A DNA stretch of 44,399 nucleotides from a virus, in IMG/VR virus record IMGVR_UViG_3300015190_000001, positions 1-44,399 of that record. One strand, written 5' to 3'. The number at the start of each line of letters is the position of its first letter. Positions within the stretch are counted from its first letter, which is position 1. Positions 1 to 8,305 of this stretch are shown in pieces. The notes beneath the pieces are model-generated. The model had not been told where the DNA came from, searched no databases, and worked only from the letters and a program-made list of their open reading frames with translations. A program made the translations under genes and the position numbers.

Positions 1-127
1 GCTCCAGCAGGAAGGCTCGCGACTCTCCAGCGCCGTCACCGTAGGCTCCCACGTCGGCAAGGCCGCGTCCGTGGTCGAGCAGTTCGGTTCGGCCACCGCG
101 CAACTCAAGACCGGCCGGCACGCGGAC
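1..127. repeat. Terminal overlap copy 1 (identical to 44273-44399)
   Basis: Direct reading: gctccagcaggaaggctcgcgactctcc...ggccggcacgcggac occurs at both window ends. This is consistent with a circular assembly or terminal redundancy. Confidence 0.9.
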
Positions 128-826
128 ACCCCGCTGCTCGACCTGTCGCAAGACAAGCGTTGGGTCTTCCCGCTCGACTACGAGTGGGCGTCGCTCGTCG
201 ACAACGAAGACCAGCTGCGCGCCATCATCGACCTCACCAGCCCGTACGCTCGGGCCGGCGCCGCGGCGATGCAGCGCGCCAAGGACGACGTCATTCTGAC
301 GGCGATCTTCGGCACGAACTACAAGGGCGAGAACGGCACGACCTCCGAGTCGTTCAACACCACCGACTACCAGGTGGGTGTGAACACCGGCGGCACCGCC
401 AGCGCGCTCAACGTCGCCAAGCTCCAGTCGGCGATCCAGAAGCTCATGCTCGCGAACAAGGGCGAACTGATGGAGTCGGTCTACGGCGCCATCTCGAGCT
501 ACGAGCACGACTCGCTGCTCAAGGAAATCCAGGTAGTCAACAAGGACTACAGCAACAGCGCGGTCCTCGAAAACGGCAAGGTCAAGCGCTTCATGGGGGT
601 GGACTTCATCATCACCGAGCGCCTGACGATCACCTCGGGCAACCGCCTGATCCCGGTGTGGCTCAAGTCGGGCATGTACCTCGGCATCTGGAAAGACCTG
701 ATGACCGAAATCGGCCCGCGCGCGGACAAGTCGTACGCCACGCAGGTCTACCTGTGCATGACTCTCGGCGCCACCCGCACGCAGGCGGGCAAGCAGATCC
801 AAGTTCTCTGCGACGACCAGATCTAA
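2..826 (+). CDS. Major capsid protein, C-terminal part (gene starts at 44214 and wraps through the junction; 294 aa in total)
   Basis: The frame is continuous with ATG 44214 once the 127-bp overlap is collapsed. The layout resembles T7 gp10-type HK97-fold capsid proteins. It follows the scaffold gene. The ORF-track start at 71 is internal. Confidence 0.8.
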   Translation, partial: LQQEGSRLSSAVTVGSHVGKAASVVEQFGSATAQLKTGRHADTPLLDLSQDKRWVFPLDYEWASLVDNEDQLRAIIDLTSPYARAGAAAMQRAKDDVILTAIFGTNYKGENGTTSESFNTTDYQVGVNTGGTASALNVAKLQSAIQKLMLANKGELMESVYGAISSYEHDSLLKEIQVVNKDYSNSAVLENGKVKRFMGVDFIITERLTITSGNRLIPVWLKSGMYLGIWKDLMTEIGPRADKSYATQVYLCMTLGATRTQAGKQIQVLCDDQI

Positions 827-838
827 GGGGAAGCAGAC

Positions 839-1342
839 ATGGCACTCGTAACCACCGCGCAAAACGTCCTAGATCAAGACGCGACGCCCATCACCAAGAC
901 GAGCGTCCTCAAGAAAGGGGCGCCCATCCGCACCGCGCAGGGCTACATCGCTGCCGCCAGCATCACCGGCGGCACCACCGGGCAGTGGTACACCTTCGTT
1001 CGCGTGCCCGTCCGGGCGCGCGTCCTCGGCGTGTACTGCACGAACCCGACGACCACGTCCGGCGCCGTCAAGGCGGGCCTCTATCGCCCGAACGGCATCG
1101 CGATCTCGGACGCCGTGTTCGCGACCGCGTTCGTGCTCGGTGCGGCGAACAACCGCGCCAGCGTGGACACGGTTCGCACGCCGGTGCAGCGCAAGGACGA
1201 CCTGGCGACCGCGTTCGTCACGGCGATCAGCACCGCCGGCGCGACCGGCGACATGGAAGTCGACATCGCGCTGACCATCGCGACGGTGATCGGCACGCCG
1301 CAAGACGTGCTGGTCGAAGTCGACTACGTCCTGCCCGAGTAA
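839..1342 (+). CDS. Hypothetical virion protein (possible capsid decoration/cement protein)
   Basis: 167-aa ORF directly after the capsid gene. Beta-rich and Thr/Ala/Gly-rich. No recognisable catalytic motif. The functional guess is positional only. Confidence 0.6.
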   Translation: MALVTTAQNVLDQDATPITKTSVLKKGAPIRTAQGYIAAASITGGTTGQWYTFVRVPVRARVLGVYCTNPTTTSGAVKAGLYRPNGIAISDAVFATAFVLGAANNRASVDTVRTPVQRKDDLATAFVTAISTAGATGDMEVDIALTIATVIGTPQDVLVEVDYVLPE

Positions 1343-1354
1343 GGGCTGAAGTAT

Positions 1355-1378
1355 CCCGGCGCGCTTCGGCGCGTCGGG
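1355..1378 (+). other. Stable GC-rich hairpin (10-bp stem, UUCG loop) without a U-tract
   Basis: cccggcgcgc-ttcg-gcgcgtcggg, with one G-U pair. It lies in the gap after the capsid/decoration genes, positionally like T-phi of T7. There is no T-run, so it may be an attenuator or processing site. Confidence 0.5.
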
Positions 1379-1394
1379 AGCATCGAGGAACGGC

Positions 1395-1703
1395 ATGGCG
1401 ATTCCTACCGACTTCAAGGGTCCGACTCCGGCGGCGAACACCACGAAGTCGTGGAAGCTGTTTGGTTCGGCCACGGTCGGGTCTTGGGTTCTGGATATCG
1501 ACGGCACGCTTTCCGCCGCGTCCAGCATGATCCCTCTCGGCCCGAACATCGCGATCGTCACGAACGCGGCGTACACCAACGCGCAAGTCGTCGCGCTGGT
1601 GCAGGACTGGCTCAGTCGCATGGGCGCTTTCCATGACGGCGCTGGCGGGCAGAACGTCGAAACAACCAAGCAGGCTCTCGTCGTAGCGACGACCTGCACG
1701 TAA
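1395..1703 (+). CDS. Hypothetical structural-module protein
   Basis: 102-aa ORF, co-oriented in the head-tail joining region. No motif recognised. Confidence 0.55.
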   Translation: MAIPTDFKGPTPAANTTKSWKLFGSATVGSWVLDIDGTLSAASSMIPLGPNIAIVTNAAYTNAQVVALVQDWLSRMGAFHDGAGGQNVETTKQALVVATTCT

Positions 1704-1716
1704 CGAGGAGATCGAC

Positions 1717-1950
1717 ATGGCAGTAGCTGGTTGCGGTATGGCGGTGACCGATGGCATTCAACTCGTCGGTGGCGACGTCGTTTTCTTCACCGGGTCGGGC
1801 ACGCTGGACTCGAGCAACGTCGTTCAGGTGAACTTCGATACCACGGTCTTCAGCGGCACGGAAGGCAAGCTGCGTCTCGCCGCCGCGCTTCAACTGATCT
1901 CGGAGCGCATCGAAACCATCAAGGTGTGGCCGGTTTCCACGGCCTCGTAA
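1717..1950 (+). CDS. Hypothetical structural-module protein
   Basis: 77-aa ORF abutting the next gene (TAA then ATG at 1951). Confidence 0.5.
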   Translation: MAVAGCGMAVTDGIQLVGGDVVFFTGSGTLDSSNVVQVNFDTTVFSGTEGKLRLAAALQLISERIETIKVWPVSTAS

Positions 1951-2541
1951 ATGAGCCGCATCGTCCGCCCCCGTAGCACAATCGCCCGCCCGGCGGACGC
2001 CACCGCGTACGCGGCCGGTGACGAGATTTCGAACAGCGCGTCCGCTGGCTCAGTCGTGCGCGCCACGTTCGATATGCGCGGCCTCGAGCAAGGCAAGATC
2101 CTTTCCGCGCATCTCGATCTGACAACCGGCGACGCGTCGAACGTCGTCACCACGGCTTCGGACATCGAGCTCCTGATTTTCCGCACGGCCGACGTGCCGG
2201 CAGCGGTCGGCGACAACGTGACGAATCCGATCACCGCCGCGACGCGCGCCAAGGCTGTTGCGCGCTTCCGCTTTGACGACACCGGCTGGACTGGCGAACT
2301 CGGCACCGTTGCGGCCTCCAAGACGCAGGGCCAGTGGGTGATGCCGACGCTGGTGCAGCCGCTTGCGACGAACGTGCTCGAGTATCCGGTCTACGCTTTC
2401 AGCTATTCCTTCCTCACGGACGGCCAAGTTCTCGGCGCCACCGGAGCGCAGTTCACCGCCGTTCTACGCGCTCTTGCCGCGTGGACGCCTCTCGGCGTCG
2501 TCAACACCTTCGGCATCACCCTCGACATCGAAGTGCCGTAA
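1951..2541 (+). CDS. Hypothetical virion protein (beta-rich)
   Basis: 196-aa ORF immediately upstream of the tail tubular A-like gene. Confidence 0.6.
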   Translation: MSRIVRPRSTIARPADATAYAAGDEISNSASAGSVVRATFDMRGLEQGKILSAHLDLTTGDASNVVTTASDIELLIFRTADVPAAVGDNVTNPITAATRAKAVARFRFDDTGWTGELGTVAASKTQGQWVMPTLVQPLATNVLEYPVYAFSYSFLTDGQVLGATGAQFTAVLRALAAWTPLGVVNTFGITLDIEVP

Positions 2542-2553
2542 GGGAGGCCGCAC

Positions 2554-3141
2554 ATGGCGACCTCCAAAGTTGCAATCGCCAACGGCGCCCTGCAACGCCT
2601 CGGCGTTTCGCAGAAGCTCGAATCCCTGACGCAGAACAACCCGAACGCGCGGACGATGAACCTCGCGTTCGAGCCGACGCGCAAGGCGCTTCTGCGCAAG
2701 TACGATTGGGGCTTCGCGATCCGCCGCAAGTCGATCGCCGCGGACGGCGGTCAAACCGCGTGGGGCAGCCACAACCGCTATGTCCTGCCGAACGACTACA
2801 TCCGGATCATCCGCGATGACGAGTCGGGTTTCGAGGTCGACTGGAAGATCGAGTCCGATGCGGACATCGGCGTCTACATCGTCACCGATGACAAGTCGCC
2901 GCTAAAGGTCCGCTACCTCGCCGACGTCACCGATCCGAACTTTTACGATGCGCTGTTCATCGACGCGCTCGAGTGCGCTCTCGCGCTGAAGACGTGCAAG
3001 GAAGTGACCGGCAGCACCACGGCGAAAGACAGCATCACCGACGACTTCAACACCGCCATCGCGGAAGCGAAAAAGAGCGGTGCCATCGAGAAGGCAGCCC
3101 AAGAATCCCCCGAAGATAGCTGGATCACGGCGAGGAACTAA
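2554..3141 (+). CDS. Tail tubular protein A-like (T7 gp11-type adaptor/gatekeeper)
   Basis: 195 aa, close to T7 gp11 in size. The N-terminus (VAIANGALQRLGVSQKLESL..NPNAR) and C-terminus parallel the gp11 layout. It directly precedes a roughly 770-aa gp12-like gene. Confidence 0.65.
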   Translation: MATSKVAIANGALQRLGVSQKLESLTQNNPNARTMNLAFEPTRKALLRKYDWGFAIRRKSIAADGGQTAWGSHNRYVLPNDYIRIIRDDESGFEVDWKIESDADIGVYIVTDDKSPLKVRYLADVTDPNFYDALFIDALECALALKTCKEVTGSTTAKDSITDDFNTAIAEAKKSGAIEKAAQESPEDSWITARN

Positions 3142-5444
3142 TGGGCCGCGCCTCGAACATCCAGCACGCCTTCAACGCTGGCGAACTGAGCAGTCTCATG
3201 CTCGGCCGCCAGGACATCGCGAAGTACGCCTCGGGTCTGTTCGTTTGCCTGAACGGCCTGCCGATGGTGCAGGGCGGCTGGACGCGGCGCCCGGGCACGG
3301 CGTTCCTCCAGCAGACGAAGTTCCACGACAAACTCTCGCGTCTTGTCCCGTTTCAGTATTCGGTGACGCAGACCTACGTACTCGAGTTCGGGCACAACTA
3401 CATTCGTTTCTTCACGCTGCACGGTTTGCTCACGCAGGCGACGCAAAGCATCACCGCGATCACCAAGGCGAACCCGGCGGTGCTGACGTACGCCGGCGCG
3501 GATACGTACGCCAACGGCGATCGCGTCTACTTGAGCAGCATCGTCGGCATGACGCAGTTGAACAATCGCGAGATCAAGGTTGCGAACGTGAACGCTGGCG
3601 CGAACACGTTCGAGCTTCAGGACTCCGACGGCAACAACATCAACAGCACCGGATACGACACGTATACCTCCGGCGGCACGGCGGCGGAGATATTCGAGGT
3701 GACGACGACGTTCGCGCAGACCGATCTCGCCGAGATCCGCTTCGTGCAGTCGGCGGACGTTCTCTATCTCCTGCACCCCAACTTCCCGCCGAAGCAGCTT
3801 GTGCGGACCTCCGCGCTCGTATGGACGCTCTCGGACATCACCTTCACCGATGGCCCGTACGGCGAGACGAACACGACAACGACCACGTTGACGCCGAGCG
3901 CGGCAACCGGCGCTGGCGTGGTGCTCACGGCCAGTGCGGTGACTGGCATCAACAACGGGCAGGGGTTTCTCTCGACCGACGTCGGACGCTTCATTCGCTT
4001 GCGTGAAGGAACGACGTGGGGCTACGTCCTCATCACAGGCTACACGTCGACGACGGTCGTTACGGTGACTGTGCTCGCGACGCTCACGAACATAAACGCA
4101 AAGTCGACATGGCGCATGGGCCTTTGGTCGACCACGACCGGGTTCCCGTCCTGCGGCGCGTTCTATGAGGATCGGCTGTTCCTGGCAGGCTCCGCGCTTG
4201 CGCTGCAGCGTCTCGACGGCTCGAAGTCGAGCAGCTACACGAACTTCTCGCCCTCGGCCAATGACGGCACGATCGCCGCCGACAACGCGGTGGCGTTCAC
4301 CCTCAATTCCGACGACGTGAACGCGATCCGCTGGATGGCGCCGAACGAGAAAGCGCTCCTCGTCGGCACAAGCCGCGGAGAGTGGCTGGTGCGCGCGTCC
4401 TCACTTTCCGAGGCTGTGACGCCTACGAACATCAACGGCAAGCCCGCTTCGCGCCACGGTAGCGCCGAGGTGGCGCCAGTCAACGCCGGCAAGGCGACGC
4501 TTTTCGTGCAGCGCGCCAACCGCAAGGTGCGCGAGCTCGCCTACGTTTTCGAGGTCGACGGCTTCAAGGCGCCGGACATGAGCGTGCTCGCAGAGCACAT
4601 CACGCGCCCGAGCGTCAACGAGATCGTCTACCAGGAGCAGCCCCAGGCGATCGTGTGGGGCGTGCGCGGCGATGGCGTGCTGCTCGGCCTCACGTATGAG
4701 CGCGACCAGGAAGTCGTCGGCTGGCACCGGCACGAGCTCGGCGGTTTCAGTAATGCCGCGAAGACGCTGGTGCCGGTCGTCGAAAGTGTCGCGGTTGTGA
4801 CGGACCCGAGCGCGACGCGCGATGAACTGTACATGATCGTGCGGCGTTACATCAACGGCCAGTCACGTCGTTACGTCGAGTACATGAGCAAGCTGTGGGA
4901 GGTCGAGGACTTCCAGGAAGACGCCTTTTATGTCGACTGCGGCTGGACCGTGGTGAACTCACCTGCGTCCGCCAGCGTGACGGGCCTCTTTCACCTCGAG
5001 GGCCAGGAAGTCGGCGTCTACGTCGATGGCACGAAGCACCCGTCGCAGACGGTGACGAACGGCAAGATCACGCTCGGTCGCGCTGGCACGATCGTAACGC
5101 TCGGCTACTACTACAACAGCGACGGGCAGACCTTGCCGCTCGATGGCGGCTCACAGGACGGCTCCTCGCAGGGCAAGATCAAGAAGATCAGCCGCATCGG
5201 GTTCTGGCTGGTCGATACGCTCGGCCTGAAGTTTGGGCCGGACGCCGACACGCTGACCGAACTCATCGTTCGGCAGTGGGGCGACAGATTCGGGGAAGCT
5301 ACCCCTCTTTTCACCGGCGTCGTGCGCGAGCGCTTCGAGGGGGATTTCGACAAGCTCGGCCAGGTGTACTGGCGCGCGGACGGGCCGTTTCCGGCCGTGG
5401 TGCTCGCCGTGATGCCGCAGTTTGAGATTTCGGACGACAGCTAA
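3141..5444 (+). CDS. Tail tubular protein B-like (T7 gp12-type nozzle)
   Basis: 767 aa. The size and position after the gp11-like gene match. The N-terminus (..GGWTRRPGTAFL) is typical of podovirus nozzle proteins. TAATG overlap with the upstream gene. Confidence 0.7.
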   Translation: MGRASNIQHAFNAGELSSLMLGRQDIAKYASGLFVCLNGLPMVQGGWTRRPGTAFLQQTKFHDKLSRLVPFQYSVTQTYVLEFGHNYIRFFTLHGLLTQATQSITAITKANPAVLTYAGADTYANGDRVYLSSIVGMTQLNNREIKVANVNAGANTFELQDSDGNNINSTGYDTYTSGGTAAEIFEVTTTFAQTDLAEIRFVQSADVLYLLHPNFPPKQLVRTSALVWTLSDITFTDGPYGETNTTTTTLTPSAATGAGVVLTASAVTGINNGQGFLSTDVGRFIRLREGTTWGYVLITGYTSTTVVTVTVLATLTNINAKSTWRMGLWSTTTGFPSCGAFYEDRLFLAGSALALQRLDGSKSSSYTNFSPSANDGTIAADNAVAFTLNSDDVNAIRWMAPNEKALLVGTSRGEWLVRASSLSEAVTPTNINGKPASRHGSAEVAPVNAGKATLFVQRANRKVRELAYVFEVDGFKAPDMSVLAEHITRPSVNEIVYQEQPQAIVWGVRGDGVLLGLTYERDQEVVGWHRHELGGFSNAAKTLVPVVESVAVVTDPSATRDELYMIVRRYINGQSRRYVEYMSKLWEVEDFQEDAFYVDCGWTVVNSPASASVTGLFHLEGQEVGVYVDGTKHPSQTVTNGKITLGRAGTIVTLGYYYNSDGQTLPLDGGSQDGSSQGKIKKISRIGFWLVDTLGLKFGPDADTLTELIVRQWGDRFGEATPLFTGVVRERFEGDFDKLGQVYWRADGPFPAVVLAVMPQFEISDDS

Positions 5445-5837
5445 ATGGCTTATCCGAAAATGTCTGACGCTGATCGCAAGCACTATCGCGCGGCAGCAGC
5501 GAAGCGGTGGCGAGATAAAAATCCAGAGCGTGTGAAAGAAATTGCGCGCAAGTACCGAGCCGTTCGTGGAAAGGAAATGTCGCGAGAGCGGTATCTAAGG
5601 ACCGCTTACGGATTGACGACGACGGCTTTTTCAGCGCTGCTCGTCGGGCAAGGCGATGCCTGTGCTATTTGCCGAACGGACTCGCCGAACAGCCACGGTT
5701 GGTGTGTCGATCACGATCACGCCACAGGCAAAGTGCGCGGCATCCTCTGTCATTCCTGCAACAGCGGCATTGGCGCGCTGCAGGACAGCGCGACAGTCAT
5801 CGAAGCCGCCCTTAGCTACTTGCGGAGGGCGCAGTGA
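5445..5837 (+). CDS. Recombination endonuclease VII family (HNH-like) nuclease
   Basis: Motif CAICRT..(X)..CVDHDHATGKVRGILCHSCNSGIG is the Endonuclease_7 signature. It sits as an insert between tail and internal-virion genes. Confidence 0.8.
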   Translation: MAYPKMSDADRKHYRAAAAKRWRDKNPERVKEIARKYRAVRGKEMSRERYLRTAYGLTTTAFSALLVGQGDACAICRTDSPNSHGWCVDHDHATGKVRGILCHSCNSGIGALQDSATVIEAALSYLRRAQ

Positions 5838-6265
5838 TTCGTAACGTCGTGCCCTTCTGCCGCTGGCACTACCACTGGCTCGCCGAGCGCGGCCCGGCCG
5901 TAGATCAGGTTGGCAACGTGGGGAGAGATCCGGCGACGCTGGCGCTGCTCGAGCGCTGCAACACCTGGACCGGCGTCGTCGATGGCGACCCTATCGCCGT
6001 GGCCGGCACGATGGAACTCTGGCCCGGCCGTCACATGGCGTGGGCGCATATGAGCCTCGATACCGGGCCGCACATGCTCTGGATCACGCAGGAGACGCTG
6101 AAGCGGCTGGAGCAGTTGCGCGGTCGCGTGGAGCTTACGGTTCGCGCGGACTTCCTCGCCGGTCATCGGTGGGCGAAGCTGCTCGGGTTTGAAATCGAGA
6201 CGCCCTGCATGAAGCAGTACGGGCCGACCGGAGAAGATCACGTCGGGTATCGGAGGATTAGTTAA
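5834..6265 (+). CDS. GNAT-like fold protein in the T7 gp13 (internal virion protein A) position
   Basis: 143 aa. The C-terminal ..RADFLAGHRWAKLLGFEIE.. resembles the acetyltransferase-fold beta-alpha motif. GTGA overlap with the upstream gene. The assignment is positional plus a weak motif. Confidence 0.45.
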   Translation: MIRNVVPFCRWHYHWLAERGPAVDQVGNVGRDPATLALLERCNTWTGVVDGDPIAVAGTMELWPGRHMAWAHMSLDTGPHMLWITQETLKRLEQLRGRVELTVRADFLAGHRWAKLLGFEIETPCMKQYGPTGEDHVGYRRIS

Positions 6266-6735
6266 TGGCTGTCGCAATCCCCTTCATCGTCGCCGCCGCC
6301 GCAGTCGTGGGCGCCGGTGCGGCCATCCAGCAAGGCGAAACCGCCAAGGCTGCGGCGAACTACAACGTCAAAGTCAACCAGCAGAACGCGCAGATCGCGA
6401 AGCAGGAAGCTGAAGACCTGGCGGTCCAGCACGATCGCGAGACGTTCATGCGGCTCGGTTCCATCCGTGCTGCGCAGGGCAAGTCCGGCGGCAGTGGCAC
6501 AGAGGGCAGCGTGCTCGACGTTCTTGGCGACGCGGCGGCGCAGAGCGAGCTCGAGAAGCAATACATCAAGTACCGCGGCGCGCTCGGCGAGCGGCAGTTC
6601 AACAACACGGCCGGGTTGGATGCGTTCGCGGGCGAGCGCCAGCAGACGGCGGGCTATATGAAGGCCGGCAGCGAGCTCCTGTACGGCGCTGGCAACTACT
6701 ACAAAGCGGATTCCACGCTGAATCGAGGCGGCTGA
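6265..6735 (+). CDS. Internal virion protein (gp14-position), N-terminal transmembrane helix
   Basis: 156 aa. The hydrophobic start is MAVAIPFIVAAAAVVGAGAAI. TAATG overlap with the upstream gene. Synteny with T7-like ejection proteins. Confidence 0.55.
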   Translation: MAVAIPFIVAAAAVVGAGAAIQQGETAKAAANYNVKVNQQNAQIAKQEAEDLAVQHDRETFMRLGSIRAAQGKSGGSGTEGSVLDVLGDAAAQSELEKQYIKYRGALGERQFNNTAGLDAFAGERQQTAGYMKAGSELLYGAGNYYKADSTLNRGG

Positions 6736-6736
6736 G

Positions 6737-8305
6737 ATGCCGCTTCTTCCTACCGGCGGCTTCAGCGCGGAGCTCGGCCATCTGCCGATCAACGGCGGTC
6801 GGCGTGCGGATGCGGCGACCGACGACCCGACGGGTGCTGCGCTCCAGAGCGTCTCGCATACAGCGCAGCGCGCCGCGAACGCCTACGAGGAGCAGGTAGC
6901 GCAGGAGGAGACGCGCAAGGCGCAAGTCGGCCTGTCGGATGTTCGCGCTAGGGTCGCGAAGGAACTGGACGACGCGGCGCTCTCTGGCGCGGATACGGGC
7001 AAGATCCGCGAGAAGATGATGGCCGACATCGACAAGATCGGTGAAGGCTTCGCGACGAAGAAAGGCTCGTCGTCGGTGCAGATCGGCGCCGCAAACGCGG
7101 CGCTCATGTTCGATGAGCAGGCGAACCGCATCAACGTCCAGCGCGCGTTCTCGCAGGCAAAGGCGGACACAAGCAAGATCCTGAACAACGAGTCGGCGAT
7201 CATCGCGACTCAGCCGACCTACCTGCCGTTCGCCATCGAGAACCTGAACGCCGCGATCGACACCTACAGGATCAGCCCGGAGAAGAAGCAGGAGCTCAAA
7301 GACCACCTGACGAAGCAGTTGAATATGTCGGCGGTGCTGGCGACCATCCGCACCGGCGACCCGTCAGCAGTGGCGAAAGAGTTGTCTGCCGGCCAGTACG
7401 ATCTCAGCCCCGAGCAGCGCGAGCTTGCGCAGCACGCGGCGGTGTCGGAAAAGAGCCGCCGCGAGCATGAGGCGAACACCGCTCGCGTGGAAGAGCACCG
7501 CCAGCTTGTCGAGAGGAGCGAGGCGTCGGCCGACAACTACTCGAAGCAGATCAGCGACCGGAAGCAGAGCATCGCCGGGTTGAGCGAGGTAATCCGCGAC
7601 GATCCGACGCTAGAGCGCCGCACGCGCGAGCACCTGCAACTGCTCATTCAGCAGCGCACGCACGAGACGCAGAACGGCGAGAAGAAGTCGAACCAGGAGG
7701 TCTATCGCCAGTTGTACCTCGACGCGACGGCGCCCGACAGCGATCCGCGCAAGATCCTCAACGGCGACAAGATTTTCGCGGCGGCAGCGCGCGGCGACCT
7801 CAACGTCACCGACGCCGAGCGGCTGCGCAGCATCGTCGCCGGCCAGAAGGACGAGAACTTTCGCAAGATCGAAACCAGCATCAACAGCCTGTCGCGCGTC
7901 TACGACCGGGTTGTCAACGCCGATCCGCGTTTGCTCGGCCTTGATGCGGCACAAAAAGCGGAAGTCATCAACGACTATGCTGGCCGCATTCGCGACAAGG
8001 TTTCCGAGGCGCGCGCTGCGAACGACGCTCCCGGGCTGCGCGCCTTGTTCGACGTGAACAGCAAGGACTACGTTGGCTCGGCAGAGTTCATGCGCGAGTC
8101 GATCGGCCTGTCGCGCACGAAGATGAAGGACGCGCTGCCGCAGGCCGTGACGGTCACGACGCAAGCGGAGTATGACGCTCTTGAGCCGAACACCACGTAC
8201 GTTGACTCCAAGGGCGTGCGTGGCGTGAAGCAAGGCAAGGCGAAGAAAGCCGAACCGAAAGGTCCGACCGTCAGCGGCCAAATTTCTGACATGGCGGCGC
8301 CGTAG
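6737..8305 (+). CDS. Internal virion/ejection protein (gp15-position), helical and coiled-coil rich
   Basis: 522 aa, rich in charged helical segments. Assigned by synteny. Confidence 0.5.
   Translation: MPLLPTGGFSAELGHLPINGGRRADAATDDPTGAALQSVSHTAQRAANAYEEQVAQEETRKAQVGLSDVRARVAKELDDAALSGADTGKIREKMMADIDKIGEGFATKKGSSSVQIGAANAALMFDEQANRINVQRAFSQAKADTSKILNNESAIIATQPTYLPFAIENLNAAIDTYRISPEKKQELKDHLTKQLNMSAVLATIRTGDPSAVAKELSAGQYDLSPEQRELAQHAAVSEKSRREHEANTARVEEHRQLVERSEASADNYSKQISDRKQSIAGLSEVIRDDPTLERRTREHLQLLIQQRTHETQNGEKKSNQEVYRQLYLDATAPDSDPRKILNGDKIFAAAARGDLNVTDAERLRSIVAGQKDENFRKIETSINSLSRVYDRVVNADPRLLGLDAAQKAEVINDYAGRIRDKVSEARAANDAPGLRALFDVNSKDYVGSAEFMRESIGLSRTKMKDALPQAVTVTTQAEYDALEPNTTYVDSKGVRGVKQGKAKKAEPKGPTVSGQISDMAAP

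Noticed and set aside
824-841. Capsid stop codon read-through or extension into ORF 839-1342, which is in the same frame and 12 nt downstream (analogy to T7 10A/10B)
   Set aside because: The stop is a strong TAA. The downstream ORF has its own GGGGAAG RBS and ATG. Frame identity has a one-in-three chance. No slippery sequence was seen.
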